Shown here in pieces: positions 16,851 to 24,914 of a stretch of 64,000 bases of DNA. The notes below the pieces were generated by a model, which worked only from the letters and a program-made list of their open reading frames with translations, was not told the DNA's origin and searched no databases. The position numbers and the translations under genes were made by a program. Position 1 is the first letter of the stretch. Each line of letters starts with the position of its first letter. The stretch comes from an uncultured Anaerolineales bacterium (GTDB lineage: Bacteria > Chloroflexota > Anaerolineae > B4-G1 > SLSP01), in assembly GCA_964612845.1 (NCBI GenBank), contig CAZTEO010000001.1:2933-66932 (forward strand), written 5' to 3'.

Positions 16851-18602
16851 CTAGGGCCGTTCTGCTACCGGATAAGAGGGCGGAATGCCCAACAACGTAA
16901 ACAGCCGTGATGCTGTTTCCTGAAATACAGGAGCCGCCGTGTACGATCCCCAGCGCCGATTGGGTTCCACGTCAGGCCGATCCAACTTCACCAGGATCAG
17001 TAATTTAGGATCGGGCAAGGGACCAAAACCAACGAAAGACGCTATCACGTGTTCAGAATCGTAAGCGCCAGCGCCGGGCACAGGTATCTGCGCCGTCCCT
17101 GTCTTTCCCGCAATACGGTAACCTGAGACTTTGGCCTGGGGGATCTCCCGCTCTACGGCTTCCTCCATCAGTCCAGAAACAAGATGAGCCGTTTCAACCG
17201 TTACGGGCTGCCCGACCGTGCGCGGCGGGATTGGGACTACCCGTCCATCAGCATAACGACGTTCGGCAACAACATAAGGCTGCATCATGACGCCGTCATT
17301 AGCCAGGGCGCCGACCGCCATCACTAGCTGCAACGGGGTCACCGCGATGCCTTGTCCATACGCATTGGAGGCCAGATAGCTATCGCGCCAATCCCAGTCC
17401 GAGGGCATGTGGACCATACCTGATGCTTCTGCGGTCAGATCCACACCTGTAGGCTGTCCAAATCCAAACGCCCGCACGTACTCATAAAACCGTTCAGCCC
17501 CCAAGACCTGCGTCGTCAGTTCTGCAACGCCGACGTTGAGCGAATGGGCCAGGATGCCCTCTATATCCTGGGTGCCATATGCCGCCCGGCTCCAGTTTCT
17601 GACCGTGATCCCTCCGTATTCCAGACTACCTTCATCTTCGTACGTCCAATCTAAATCCGCACGTCCCGAATCCAACGCCGCAGCCACCGTTACCAACTTA
17701 AACGTTGATCCTGGTTCATACGCATAGCTAACAGCCGGATTCTGAAAAATTGCTTCTTCTCCCTGCGCTGCATACTCTGGATAGCGCCAGGGCTCGTACG
17801 TGGGGCGGCTGACCATAGCCAAGATGGCACCAGTCCGCGGGTTCATCACCAAGATCGTACCGCCCTCCGCATTATACTCCAAGATCGCCTTATCCAGTTC
17901 CCCCTCAACGTAGGCCTGAACGGTCCGATCAAGTGTCAGTCTTAGATCCGTGCCAGCATAGGGCACGGAGAGATCATTAGCCAGCTCATTCGGAAATGGA
18001 TCCGCCATACCGCTGACGAGTCCCTCTCTGACGACGGTTTCCCCGCGAAGGAAACGCTGATGGTAGGCCTGCACGCCGGTACCGATCCCCGACTGGTTTA
18101 CAAATCCCAGCACGTGTGCGGCGAGGCTGCCTTCTGGGTAGTAACGCTCCCATTGGGGAGCCAACGTCAAGCCGGGAATCTCCAATGCCTCTAGCTGCGC
18201 TTTCGTCTCCAGAGAGACTTCTTTCTTCAAGCGCCGCCAGATGACGCCCTGCTGCTTCTCTTCGCGGGTGAGGATAAGTTGATCGCGCAACTCTTCCACC
18301 GGGCGATCCAATATCGGCGCCAGCTGACGCGCTGTGTGCATGGTATCCGTGATAAAGGCGACCTCGATACCCACCTCGTAGACAGGCTGGTTGCCCACCA
18401 GCAGGTATCCTTTTTGATCGCGGACACATCCCGTGGGCGGATCAGGCAATTTGTACTCCCGATGCACGAGCCTTTCCGCCTCGTCAGCAAAGCGCGCATG
18501 TTCCAACACCTGTAGGCGGATGAGCTGCCCCACAATAGGCAGCAAGATCGCGACCAGGAGAGACGTAATCAAGCGTAAACGTGCATCAGGCCCACGTAAC
18601 AT
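16851..18602 (-). CDS. ftsI: class B penicillin-binding protein (FtsI/PBP2-type transpeptidase)
   Basis: N-terminal TM anchor. SxxK (GSTFK), SxN (HSLN) and KTG (GKTGTA). Lies between ftsL and murF. Confidence 0.88.
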   Translation of the reverse strand: MLRGPDARLRLITSLLVAILLPIVGQLIRLQVLEHARFADEAERLVHREYKLPDPPTGCVRDQKGYLLVGNQPVYEVGIEVAFITDTMHTARQLAPILDRPVEELRDQLILTREEKQQGVIWRRLKKEVSLETKAQLEALEIPGLTLAPQWERYYPEGSLAAHVLGFVNQSGIGTGVQAYHQRFLRGETVVREGLVSGMADPFPNELANDLSVPYAGTDLRLTLDRTVQAYVEGELDKAILEYNAEGGTILVMNPRTGAILAMVSRPTYEPWRYPEYAAQGEEAIFQNPAVSYAYEPGSTFKLVTVAAALDSGRADLDWTYEDEGSLEYGGITVRNWSRAAYGTQDIEGILAHSLNVGVAELTTQVLGAERFYEYVRAFGFGQPTGVDLTAEASGMVHMPSDWDWRDSYLASNAYGQGIAVTPLQLVMAVGALANDGVMMQPYVVAERRYADGRVVPIPPRTVGQPVTVETAHLVSGLMEEAVEREIPQAKVSGYRIAGKTGTAQIPVPGAGAYDSEHVIASFVGFGPLPDPKLLILVKLDRPDVEPNRRWGSYTAAPVFQETASRLFTLLGIPPSYPVAERP

Positions 18603-18603
18603 C

Positions 18604-18930
18604 TCAAGGCTCCGTTACTTCCAGATATTCGACTGTATTCGCCTCGACAAATCCCAACGCGATAGCACGCTCTTGAAGAACTGGGATCGAGCTAAGACGC
18701 CCAATTTCAACCATCAACACCTGATTCTCACGCTGTTGAGCGACCAAATCTTTCTCCAGTTTCCACACCTGTGCCCCCAATTTGGCGTTAGCGCCGGCCA
18801 ATGCGCCATACGCAGCGGCCAAAAGTAGCGCCACCACCACGACAGCCAGAAAGAGCAAGGCAATCGGACGATTGTCTTGTTCTCTACGTCTCTGAACACC
18901 GTGGGTACGCTGTTGCCACAGGACACTCAT
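18604..18930 (-). CDS. ftsL: cell division protein FtsL-like
   Basis: 108 aa, one TM (IALLFLAVVVVALLLAAAYGAL) followed by a coiled-coil-like segment. Lies between rsmH and ftsI. Confidence 0.6.
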   Translation of the reverse strand: MSVLWQQRTHGVQRRREQDNRPIALLFLAVVVVALLLAAAYGALAGANAKLGAQVWKLEKDLVAQQRENQVLMVEIGRLSSIPVLQERAIALGFVEANTVEYLEVTEP

Positions 18931-18974
18931 AAGTCAGACCTCGCTCTTCATTATTCTTACCCGTATAAACAGAC

Positions 18975-19931
18975 TCAACGTCGCTCAGCAATACGCAAGC
19001 GTGCGCTACGACTGCGCGGATTGTCCGCGATCTCTTTCTCCGAAGGACGTAGAGGTTTGCTCGTCAATACCCGGAGTGTAGCCTTATGGTCGCATCGGCA
19101 TACCGGAAGTTCCGGGGGACAGATGCAATCTTGCGCCTCTTCCTTGAAAAAGTGCTTGACAATCCGGTCCTCTAAAGAGTGAAAGGCGATGATCGCTACC
19201 CGCCCGCCAGATCGCAGGACCGACAGGATTTGCGGCAGCACCGCCTCCAACATCTCCAATTCCCGATTGACGGCGATCCGCAACGCTTGGAATGTACGCG
19301 TCGCCGGATGAATGTGTTCCCCAGGCCCCCATCCCACCGCAGACTCGATCACATCAGCCAGCGCCTGCGTTGTAGCCAGCGGACGTGCTCGCGCAATTGC
19401 ACGGACGATTCGACGACTGCGAGACTCCTCCCCATACTGCCAGAGAATCTCAACCAGCTCTCGTTCCGGCAGGGTATTCACCAGCTCCGCTGCCGTGGGC
19501 ACGTCCTCGGTCAGATCGTACCGCATATCCAACGGTCCGTCAGACCGGAAGGCGAACCCGCGTACAGGATCATCAATCTGCAAAGACGAAAATCCCAGAT
19601 CGAGCAGGATACCGTCCGCGGGAAAAAACCCGTGGCGCCGAGCCACGCGCTCAAGTTCAACGTAAGGCGCGTGTACGATCTTTGCACGCTCGCCAAATTC
19701 AGCCAGGTGCTCCTTGGCACGCACCACAGCCTGTGGATCACGATCTAACCCCAGCAAGCGTCCCTGGGAAGCAGTCCGCTTCAAAATAGCGAAAGCATGC
19801 CCCCCACCGCCGACGGTGCCGTCGATGTAGCAACCGCTTCGCCGGGTGATCAACCGGTCAAGGATCTCCGGTACCAAAACCGGAACATGCTCCGACCGCG
19901 ATGCTGCTGTTAAATCGGTAGATTCTCCCAC
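18975..19931 (-). CDS. rsmH: 16S rRNA (cytosine1402-N4)-methyltransferase
   Basis: HVPVLVPEIL, IDGTVGGGGHA, LGLDRDP, DLGFSS, FHSLEDR. Start is uncertain. I chose GTG 19931 (GGAGGAG about 11 nt upstream); the listed ORF start at 20000 would overlap mraZ by 91 nt. Confidence 0.9.
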   Translation of the reverse strand: MGESTDLTAASRSEHVPVLVPEILDRLITRRSGCYIDGTVGGGGHAFAILKRTASQGRLLGLDRDPQAVVRAKEHLAEFGERAKIVHAPYVELERVARRHGFFPADGILLDLGFSSLQIDDPVRGFAFRSDGPLDMRYDLTEDVPTAAELVNTLPERELVEILWQYGEESRSRRIVRAIARARPLATTQALADVIESAVGWGPGEHIHPATRTFQALRIAVNRELEMLEAVLPQILSVLRSGGRVAIIAFHSLEDRIVKHFFKEEAQDCICPPELPVCRCDHKATLRVLTSKPLRPSEKEIADNPRSRSARLRIAERR

Positions 19932-20347
19932 AATGCCGGGTTCTCCTCCATCATCTCTACCTGCTGAGTATTCTGGGCATCCCACGCTTGGGGTTCCCAA
20001 AGCTCCATGAAACGATTCAGCCCCACGACAATCGTTTCGCTGGATGTATGTAACCCGGCATATATCCGTAGACGTTCTGGCACCAAAATACGACCCTGAC
20101 GGTCAGGGTCCACATCCACCGCATCGGCAAAGAAGATACGCCGCAAAGCACGGCCCTGAGGAGACGTGATCGGCAGAGCATTGACCTTCTGGGCGATTTC
20201 TTCCCAAATCTCCATGGGGTAGATAGCCAAACAACGGTCCAAACCGCGCGTGACGACAACGCTACCCGTCAGCTCTTCACGAAAGCGCGAAGGAATCGTC
20301 AACCGCCCCTTGCTATCTAAGGTGTAGACATAATGCCCTAAAAACAT
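19910..20347 (-). CDS. mraZ: transcriptional regulator MraZ
   Basis: Canonical MFLGHYVYTLDSKGRLTIPSRFR plus a second repeat DRQGRILVPERLR. Start set at ATG 20347; the listed ORF begins at TTG 20377. Confidence 0.92.
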   Translation of the reverse strand: MFLGHYVYTLDSKGRLTIPSRFREELTGSVVVTRGLDRCLAIYPMEIWEEIAQKVNALPITSPQGRALRRIFFADAVDVDPDRQGRILVPERLRIYAGLHTSSETIVVGLNRFMELWEPQAWDAQNTQQVEMMEENPALWENLPI

Positions 20348-20403
20348 TTTCTTTGATTTCCCCACTCCATAAGGCAAAACCCCGGCTACAAAAGGATAGA
20401 TTC

Positions 20404-20438
20404 CCCACTAAGCCCCACTATCCCCCAAAATTACCCAC
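20404..20438 (-). promoter_or_regulatory. candidate MraZ operator: four [G/T]TGGG boxes with 5-nt spacers (10-bp phasing)
   Basis: The mraZ-sense strand reads GTGGG-taatt-TTGGG-ggata-GTGGG-gctta-GTGGG, immediately downstream of the predicted -10. This is the same TGGGN/5-nt-spacer architecture described for E. coli MraZ binding. Confidence 0.6.
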
Positions 20439-20467
20439 ATTATACTCGACTTTCCCAAATAAATCAA
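20439..20467 (-). promoter_or_regulatory. sigma70-type promoter of the dcw operon (TTGATT-17-TATAAT)
   Basis: On the minus strand: -35 TTGATT (20467..20462), a 17-nt spacer, and a perfect -10 TATAAT (20444..20439). Sits in an AT-rich divergent intergenic region. Confidence 0.5.
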
Positions 20468-20583
20468 TAGGTAAATCCCAAAAGAACCTTAAAATTTGGG
20501 AAATTTTGTATAAAGCGGAGAAACCTATGGACCCACACAAGATTTGACCACAGATCGCGCACGCAGACCGCAAATGCCTTACC

Positions 20584-20611
20584 TTGTTCCTCAGTTCACC
20601 TCGGCTATAAT
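20584..20611 (+). promoter_or_regulatory. candidate promoter for the NurA gene (TTGTTC-16-TATAAT)
   Basis: -35 TTGTTC 20584..20589 and a perfect -10 TATAAT 20606..20611, 25 nt before the ATG. Confidence 0.35.
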
Positions 20612-20635
20612 GGAGACCTGAGAGTATGGAGGCTT

Positions 20636-21793
20636 ATGCTACATCTTGAGCAGTTGGGATCAGAGATAGCAGCCCTTGGCGAACATGCCATCAATCAACA
20701 GCGAGGGCAACAAGAGGGGTGCAAAGAAGCGCATGCGCGGCTCACATCAGCGCCACCGACCGCTGAGCTACGCGAGCTGGCGGCGCAGCATGCCGATAGA
20801 GAGGCCTGCGCGCTCCCGACAACCGACGTACCGCTTGGCCAACGCCTGGCAACGGATGCGGTTCCACAAAGGGAAACCGTGGTGATCGCCGTTGACGGCT
20901 CTCAGATTATGCCTGATCGACATGGGCCTGTGCTCTACTATCTTATCCAAGTCGGCGGGCTTATTTTCCGCTACAACGGTGCAGCCCCGACATCCCACCG
21001 CGAAGCCGAGCTATTCTTCAATGAGACGGACCTCTACGATAACGAAGGACAGATTATTGGGCGCCAGCTGGGTATGCGCCGTACTGTGGCGGAGTTGAGA
21101 TTTCTCGCCAAGCTGATGACAGAGACCAAGATGGCGGGTGCTCCTGATCCCGCACTCGCGCTGGTAGACGGCCCCCTGCTCTGGCCTTACAGTGGGCGAA
21201 GTGACGAAGAGCAGACGCTGTTACCCCTCTACATGAAGGCGCTCAATCAATTTCAAGAGACAAACGCCATGCCCGCCGGTTTCGTCGAACGTCCAGGCGG
21301 ACGCCCCCTGCTCAATTTACTGAATCTCATCCCGGCGCCAGCGATTAACGGGAAATCACTCCATGTAGCAGGCACCCGCTTGACCGACCGCATGCTGATG
21401 GAGATCTATCTGGCGCCGGGCGAACGTACCGTCTGGCTGACACGCCAGTCGCCCATGAACCAACAACATGCCCGACGCGGTCACAAGATCTGGTTCTGCT
21501 ATCTCAACGTCGGAACACCCGGCTATCCAGTCATTGCCCGGATTGAGGCGCCAGCCTGGGCCGCTTCAAACGCAAAGTGGAGCACCCAGCTGCACAATGT
21601 GCTCCTCCACCAGTCACAGATTCTACATGGATACCCCTACGTTCTCGCCAGAGCACATGAAGTAGCGCTGGTGACCCAGGAGGACAAGGTTGCCCTCGAC
21701 AATCTGCTCCAACAGCGGCTTATGCAGGCCGGACTTCCGGCCCGCCCATCGGAAAAAGCGCGGCAAAAAACGTATCTTGGACGTCGCCGGTAG
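20636..21793 (+). CDS. NurA-domain 5'-3' nuclease
   Basis: NurA-type motifs VVIAVDGSQI, ALVDGPLLWP and GYPYVLARAHEVALV. Confidence 0.75.
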   Translation: MLHLEQLGSEIAALGEHAINQQRGQQEGCKEAHARLTSAPPTAELRELAAQHADREACALPTTDVPLGQRLATDAVPQRETVVIAVDGSQIMPDRHGPVLYYLIQVGGLIFRYNGAAPTSHREAELFFNETDLYDNEGQIIGRQLGMRRTVAELRFLAKLMTETKMAGAPDPALALVDGPLLWPYSGRSDEEQTLLPLYMKALNQFQETNAMPAGFVERPGGRPLLNLLNLIPAPAINGKSLHVAGTRLTDRMLMEIYLAPGERTVWLTRQSPMNQQHARRGHKIWFCYLNVGTPGYPVIARIEAPAWAASNAKWSTQLHNVLLHQSQILHGYPYVLARAHEVALVTQEDKVALDNLLQQRLMQAGLPARPSEKARQKTYLGRRR

Positions 21794-21811
21794 CGACAAA
21801 ACGAGGAGGAA

Positions 21812-22444
21812 ATGGTGAATTCATCAGACCAGGCGATACCCATTGGCAATGTGCTTCGAGCCAATATCCAAGGTTTTGTGGTGGCCTCGCGCATCCCAGA
21901 ACCAGATGTCCCAACGTTCGGCACCTTCGTGCGCGCGCCGATCCAACAAGGGCGCGCCCAGCTTATAGGTCTGGTCTACGATATACGTCTGCAAGATGAC
22001 CCTTTTCTGCGCCATTTGGCAGCCACGGTGAGTGAAGATAACCCTCAGCACCAGGAGATTATCGCAGATCAACGAGAACGCGCGATTCCCGTCGAGATTG
22101 GTGTGGCTGCAGTTGGCTACCGCGACGAAGGAAACGTCTATCACTACGGACTGCCCCCCCAACCGCCGATGGTTCTCAAGCAGATCATCGTCTGCCGATC
22201 CAACGAGGTTATGGAAATCACAACTCAGCCCGACTGGATCCACCCGCTGTTAGAGAACCCAGAGGTACAGACAGATCCGTTGATCGCCAGGACCTTGGAA
22301 CGGTCAGCCCAGCTCTACGGGGAACCAGACTCCGACGAGCGTACAACCTACCTTCTCAAAGCCTCCCGTTACCTGGCCCGCTTTCTGGCCCGCGAGCCGT
22401 TACGCCTGGAGACCATCTTACGTCGGGTAGGACTTGAGCAGTAG
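21812..22444 (+). CDS. HerA-like HAS-barrel-only protein (no ATPase domain)
   Basis: GAGGAGG SD. IPIGNVLRANIQGFVVASRIPEPDVPTFGTFVRAPIQQGRAQLIGLVYDIRLQDD aligns by eye with the N-terminal HAS-barrel of archaeal HerA, and the second half-barrel is IPVEIGVAAVGYRDEG...PPQPPMVLKQIIVCRSNEVMEI. No Walker A/B anywhere in the 210 aa. Confidence 0.5.
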   Translation: MVNSSDQAIPIGNVLRANIQGFVVASRIPEPDVPTFGTFVRAPIQQGRAQLIGLVYDIRLQDDPFLRHLAATVSEDNPQHQEIIADQRERAIPVEIGVAAVGYRDEGNVYHYGLPPQPPMVLKQIIVCRSNEVMEITTQPDWIHPLLENPEVQTDPLIARTLERSAQLYGEPDSDERTTYLLKASRYLARFLAREPLRLETILRRVGLEQ

Positions 22445-22749
22445 GGTTTGTAGAAGAATGACTTTCCAACCGTTGACGCTAACCGTATCCCCAAGAGCAT
22501 TGACGTTTCAGGCTTCCGACACGCGCCTCAAACGACCGTTTCCTTGCAGCTTCGCCGCATGGGTTGACGACAACGGAACCTTATGTTTTACGGGCCCTCA
22601 ATAGCGCGCTGTACATCAATGGTATGCACCTCAGGGCAAGCCCTGGGGCCTGTTTCGCGGCAAGCCGCGAGGATAACCTATCGCAGAGCAATAGGCATTC
22701 AGCCCCTATTGAGGTAGAATAATGCAAAGTCTAGGAGAGTAAGGAGCTT

Positions 22750-23856
22750 ATGGCCGATTACAAGACATTGATCCAACAACATCGCATGCTTCGCTGGCGA
22801 TATGGTGGCCAACCTTTAGCAGTCAAACAAGAGGAAATCCGCGAGTTGGTCAACCAAGTCAACCAAGCGCGCAAAGACGTCTCCGATCCAGAACACCGCA
22901 AGACACTGGAAGAGATTGAGCGGTATTGGCGCGCCCAAATTCGCCCCTCCCGCCAGCCTATCCCCCTGTGGGGTGTGATGGTTGGCGGAGTTCTGCTCGT
23001 CATTGTCGCAGCCGTGGGCATCGCCTATATCTTGGCCCAAGGCATCGATCGGCAAGCCGCCACGCCCCCGCCGACCGCGCTGGAAGAAGAAGCAGCTGCA
23101 ACGACGGTCGCACCCGAGTTTGCGGCGACCGCTGTTCCTGCTGAAGAGACCGCGGAGACAGATACGATCCCGGCCGCCTCCCCTACCCCAACGGTAGCGC
23201 CCACTACGCCGACCGCCGAACCCACCCCCGTACCAGTTGCCACGCCGTTGACTGATGCGAACACCGATGTCGCGCCTCTGGCAGGCGGAGAAGCCATCGC
23301 AGCGCCATCCGGGGGGATCGATATCGACACGTGCAATATGGCGGCAGATGCCACAGCGCTGGCGGCACTCGCCCCACCGGCAAATCTGACGAACATCGCC
23401 GCCACCACGGACACGCTGACCATCTGGCTTTCACTGCAAACCCCGGCGCCTGTCGACCGTGCGTACACCTACCACTGGCTCGTGGCGCTGGACACGGACG
23501 GTGACACCGCCACCGGCCGTCCCCCGGGCAACGGCTACATCAATCCTGACCTGGGGCAAGACGTCGGCGCGGGCGTCTTTCTCTACGCCAACGGCACCGT
23601 CGAGCCCTACGTCTACGTCTGGAATCCCAACCTGGGCGATTGGGACGGCAACACGCCAGACATCGTCACCGCCACGGTGAACGAGACGCAAGATGCTGTC
23701 GCCTTCACCTTCCCGTTGGCCGATCTGCGCGCCAACCTGGAGCAGATCGCCGGCAGCAATCTGAATCTCCAAGCGCTCAAAGGTCGTGTGGCAACCATCG
23801 CCAGCTCACAGACACAGGCGGCCATCGTGGACTACTGCCCGGACCTCCCCCAGTAA
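22750..23856 (+). CDS. membrane-anchored hypothetical protein with a Pro/Thr/Ala-rich linker
   Basis: AAGGAG SD. About 75 aa cytoplasmic N-terminus, one TM (LWGVMVGGVLLVIVAAVGIAYIL), a low-complexity PTA linker and a C-terminal domain of about 190 aa that I do not recognise. Confidence 0.6.
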   Translation: MADYKTLIQQHRMLRWRYGGQPLAVKQEEIRELVNQVNQARKDVSDPEHRKTLEEIERYWRAQIRPSRQPIPLWGVMVGGVLLVIVAAVGIAYILAQGIDRQAATPPPTALEEEAAATTVAPEFAATAVPAEETAETDTIPAASPTPTVAPTTPTAEPTPVPVATPLTDANTDVAPLAGGEAIAAPSGGIDIDTCNMAADATALAALAPPANLTNIAATTDTLTIWLSLQTPAPVDRAYTYHWLVALDTDGDTATGRPPGNGYINPDLGQDVGAGVFLYANGTVEPYVYVWNPNLGDWDGNTPDIVTATVNETQDAVAFTFPLADLRANLEQIAGSNLNLQALKGRVATIASSQTQAAIVDYCPDLPQ

Positions 23857-23949
23857 CCGGTTCCCTAATCTCCCACGTTTTGTCAACGTGGGAGACGCTG
23901 TATTAAAAACGGACGCAACCAAGGAAAATTGTTGGCCTACGGACCAATT

Positions 23950-24088
23950 GAAATTACGGTATAGGTGCAACGCACCTGCGCTTAGGGGGCGCTGTTGGCG
24001 CGTAAGTAGCCCCAATTGCGCACCAACTGGCATGTTTCAGATATCCAAAGGTGCGTTGCACCTGGCTAGATGCTAATATCGTAATTTC
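23950..24088. repeat. 139-bp palindromic intergenic element, copy A of the GGTGCAACGCACC family
   Basis: Outer arms are GAAATTACG / CGTAATTTC. Inner arms are AGGTGCAACGCACCT (23963..23977) and AGGTGCGTTGCACCT (24049..24063). The interior shares ACATGCCAG and GCTACNTANG with copy B in the opposite orientation. Confidence 0.6.
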
Positions 24089-24146
24089 AGAGGCCAAGTC
24101 TACCATCAGGAGCTTCTGTTTCACCTTATCATAGCAGGAGTTAGTT

Positions 24147-24893
24147 ATGGGCAATTTCTTCGCTGGAGAAAACTATCAGGGCGCACCTTTCCAACTCTTC
24201 GGTCCGTGGCACCTTACCGCATTATCGCTGATCTTCTTGCTCAACCTCTGGTTAATCGTGCGCGGGAATCGGCTGGAAGCGCCCGCCCGTCGCAAGTGGC
24301 GCTACGGTCTTGCCGCCGTGTTACTTATCGACGAGGCGATCTTGCACGCCTGGAAAGCAGGCACAGGCCAGTGGAGCCTCCAGACAATGCTTCCGCTGCA
24401 CCTGTGCAGCGCGCTTATCTTCCTGAGCGCCATCATGCTGATCCGCAAGGACAAACGCATCTACGAGTTCGCCTACTTCCTGGGCATCGCCGGTGCAACA
24501 CAGGCCCTGCTGACGCCTGACGCCGGCCCCTACGGTTTCCCCCATTTCCGGGCCTTCCAGGTGATGATCTCGCACGGCAGCATTATCACCGCAGCGGTCT
24601 ACATGACAGCCGTGGAGGGCTTTCGGCCAACCTGGGCCTCCCTGCGGCGCGTGTTCATCGGCATGAACCTCTACATGATCGCCGTCGGTCTGGTCAATAT
24701 GCTGCTGGGCAGCAACTATCTATTCATCGCCCACAAACCAGAGACGGCCAGCCTGATGGATGTACTGCCGGCCTGGCCTTGGTACATCCCATTCCTGGTG
24801 CTGATCGGCTTGGGACTTTGTCTGTTGCTCTACTTACCTTTCGCGCTGCGAGATATGCACGCCGTCCGTGCCCAATCCGACACAACGTGTTAG
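24147..24893 (+). CDS. YwaF/TIGR02206-like integral membrane protein
   Basis: 248 aa, about 7 TM, with an MLPLHLCS motif that I recall as typical of the YwaF/TMEM164-like family. Confidence 0.55.
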   Translation: MGNFFAGENYQGAPFQLFGPWHLTALSLIFLLNLWLIVRGNRLEAPARRKWRYGLAAVLLIDEAILHAWKAGTGQWSLQTMLPLHLCSALIFLSAIMLIRKDKRIYEFAYFLGIAGATQALLTPDAGPYGFPHFRAFQVMISHGSIITAAVYMTAVEGFRPTWASLRRVFIGMNLYMIAVGLVNMLLGSNYLFIAHKPETASLMDVLPAWPWYIPFLVLIGLGLCLLLYLPFALRDMHAVRAQSDTTC

Positions 24894-24914
24894 CTAGTTG
24901 AGGCGCTTATCCCC

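Noticed and set aside
20360-20365. Fifth GTGGG box near the mraZ start
   Set aside because: It is out of phase with the four-box array (43 nt away, not a multiple of 10) and overlaps a GGAG that may simply be part of the 5' UTR.
22458-22607. 49-codon ORF as a confident gene
   Set aside because: No convincing SD, no recognisable family, and only a loose FHA-like resemblance that needs a frameshift. It is kept as a low-interest note, not a feature.
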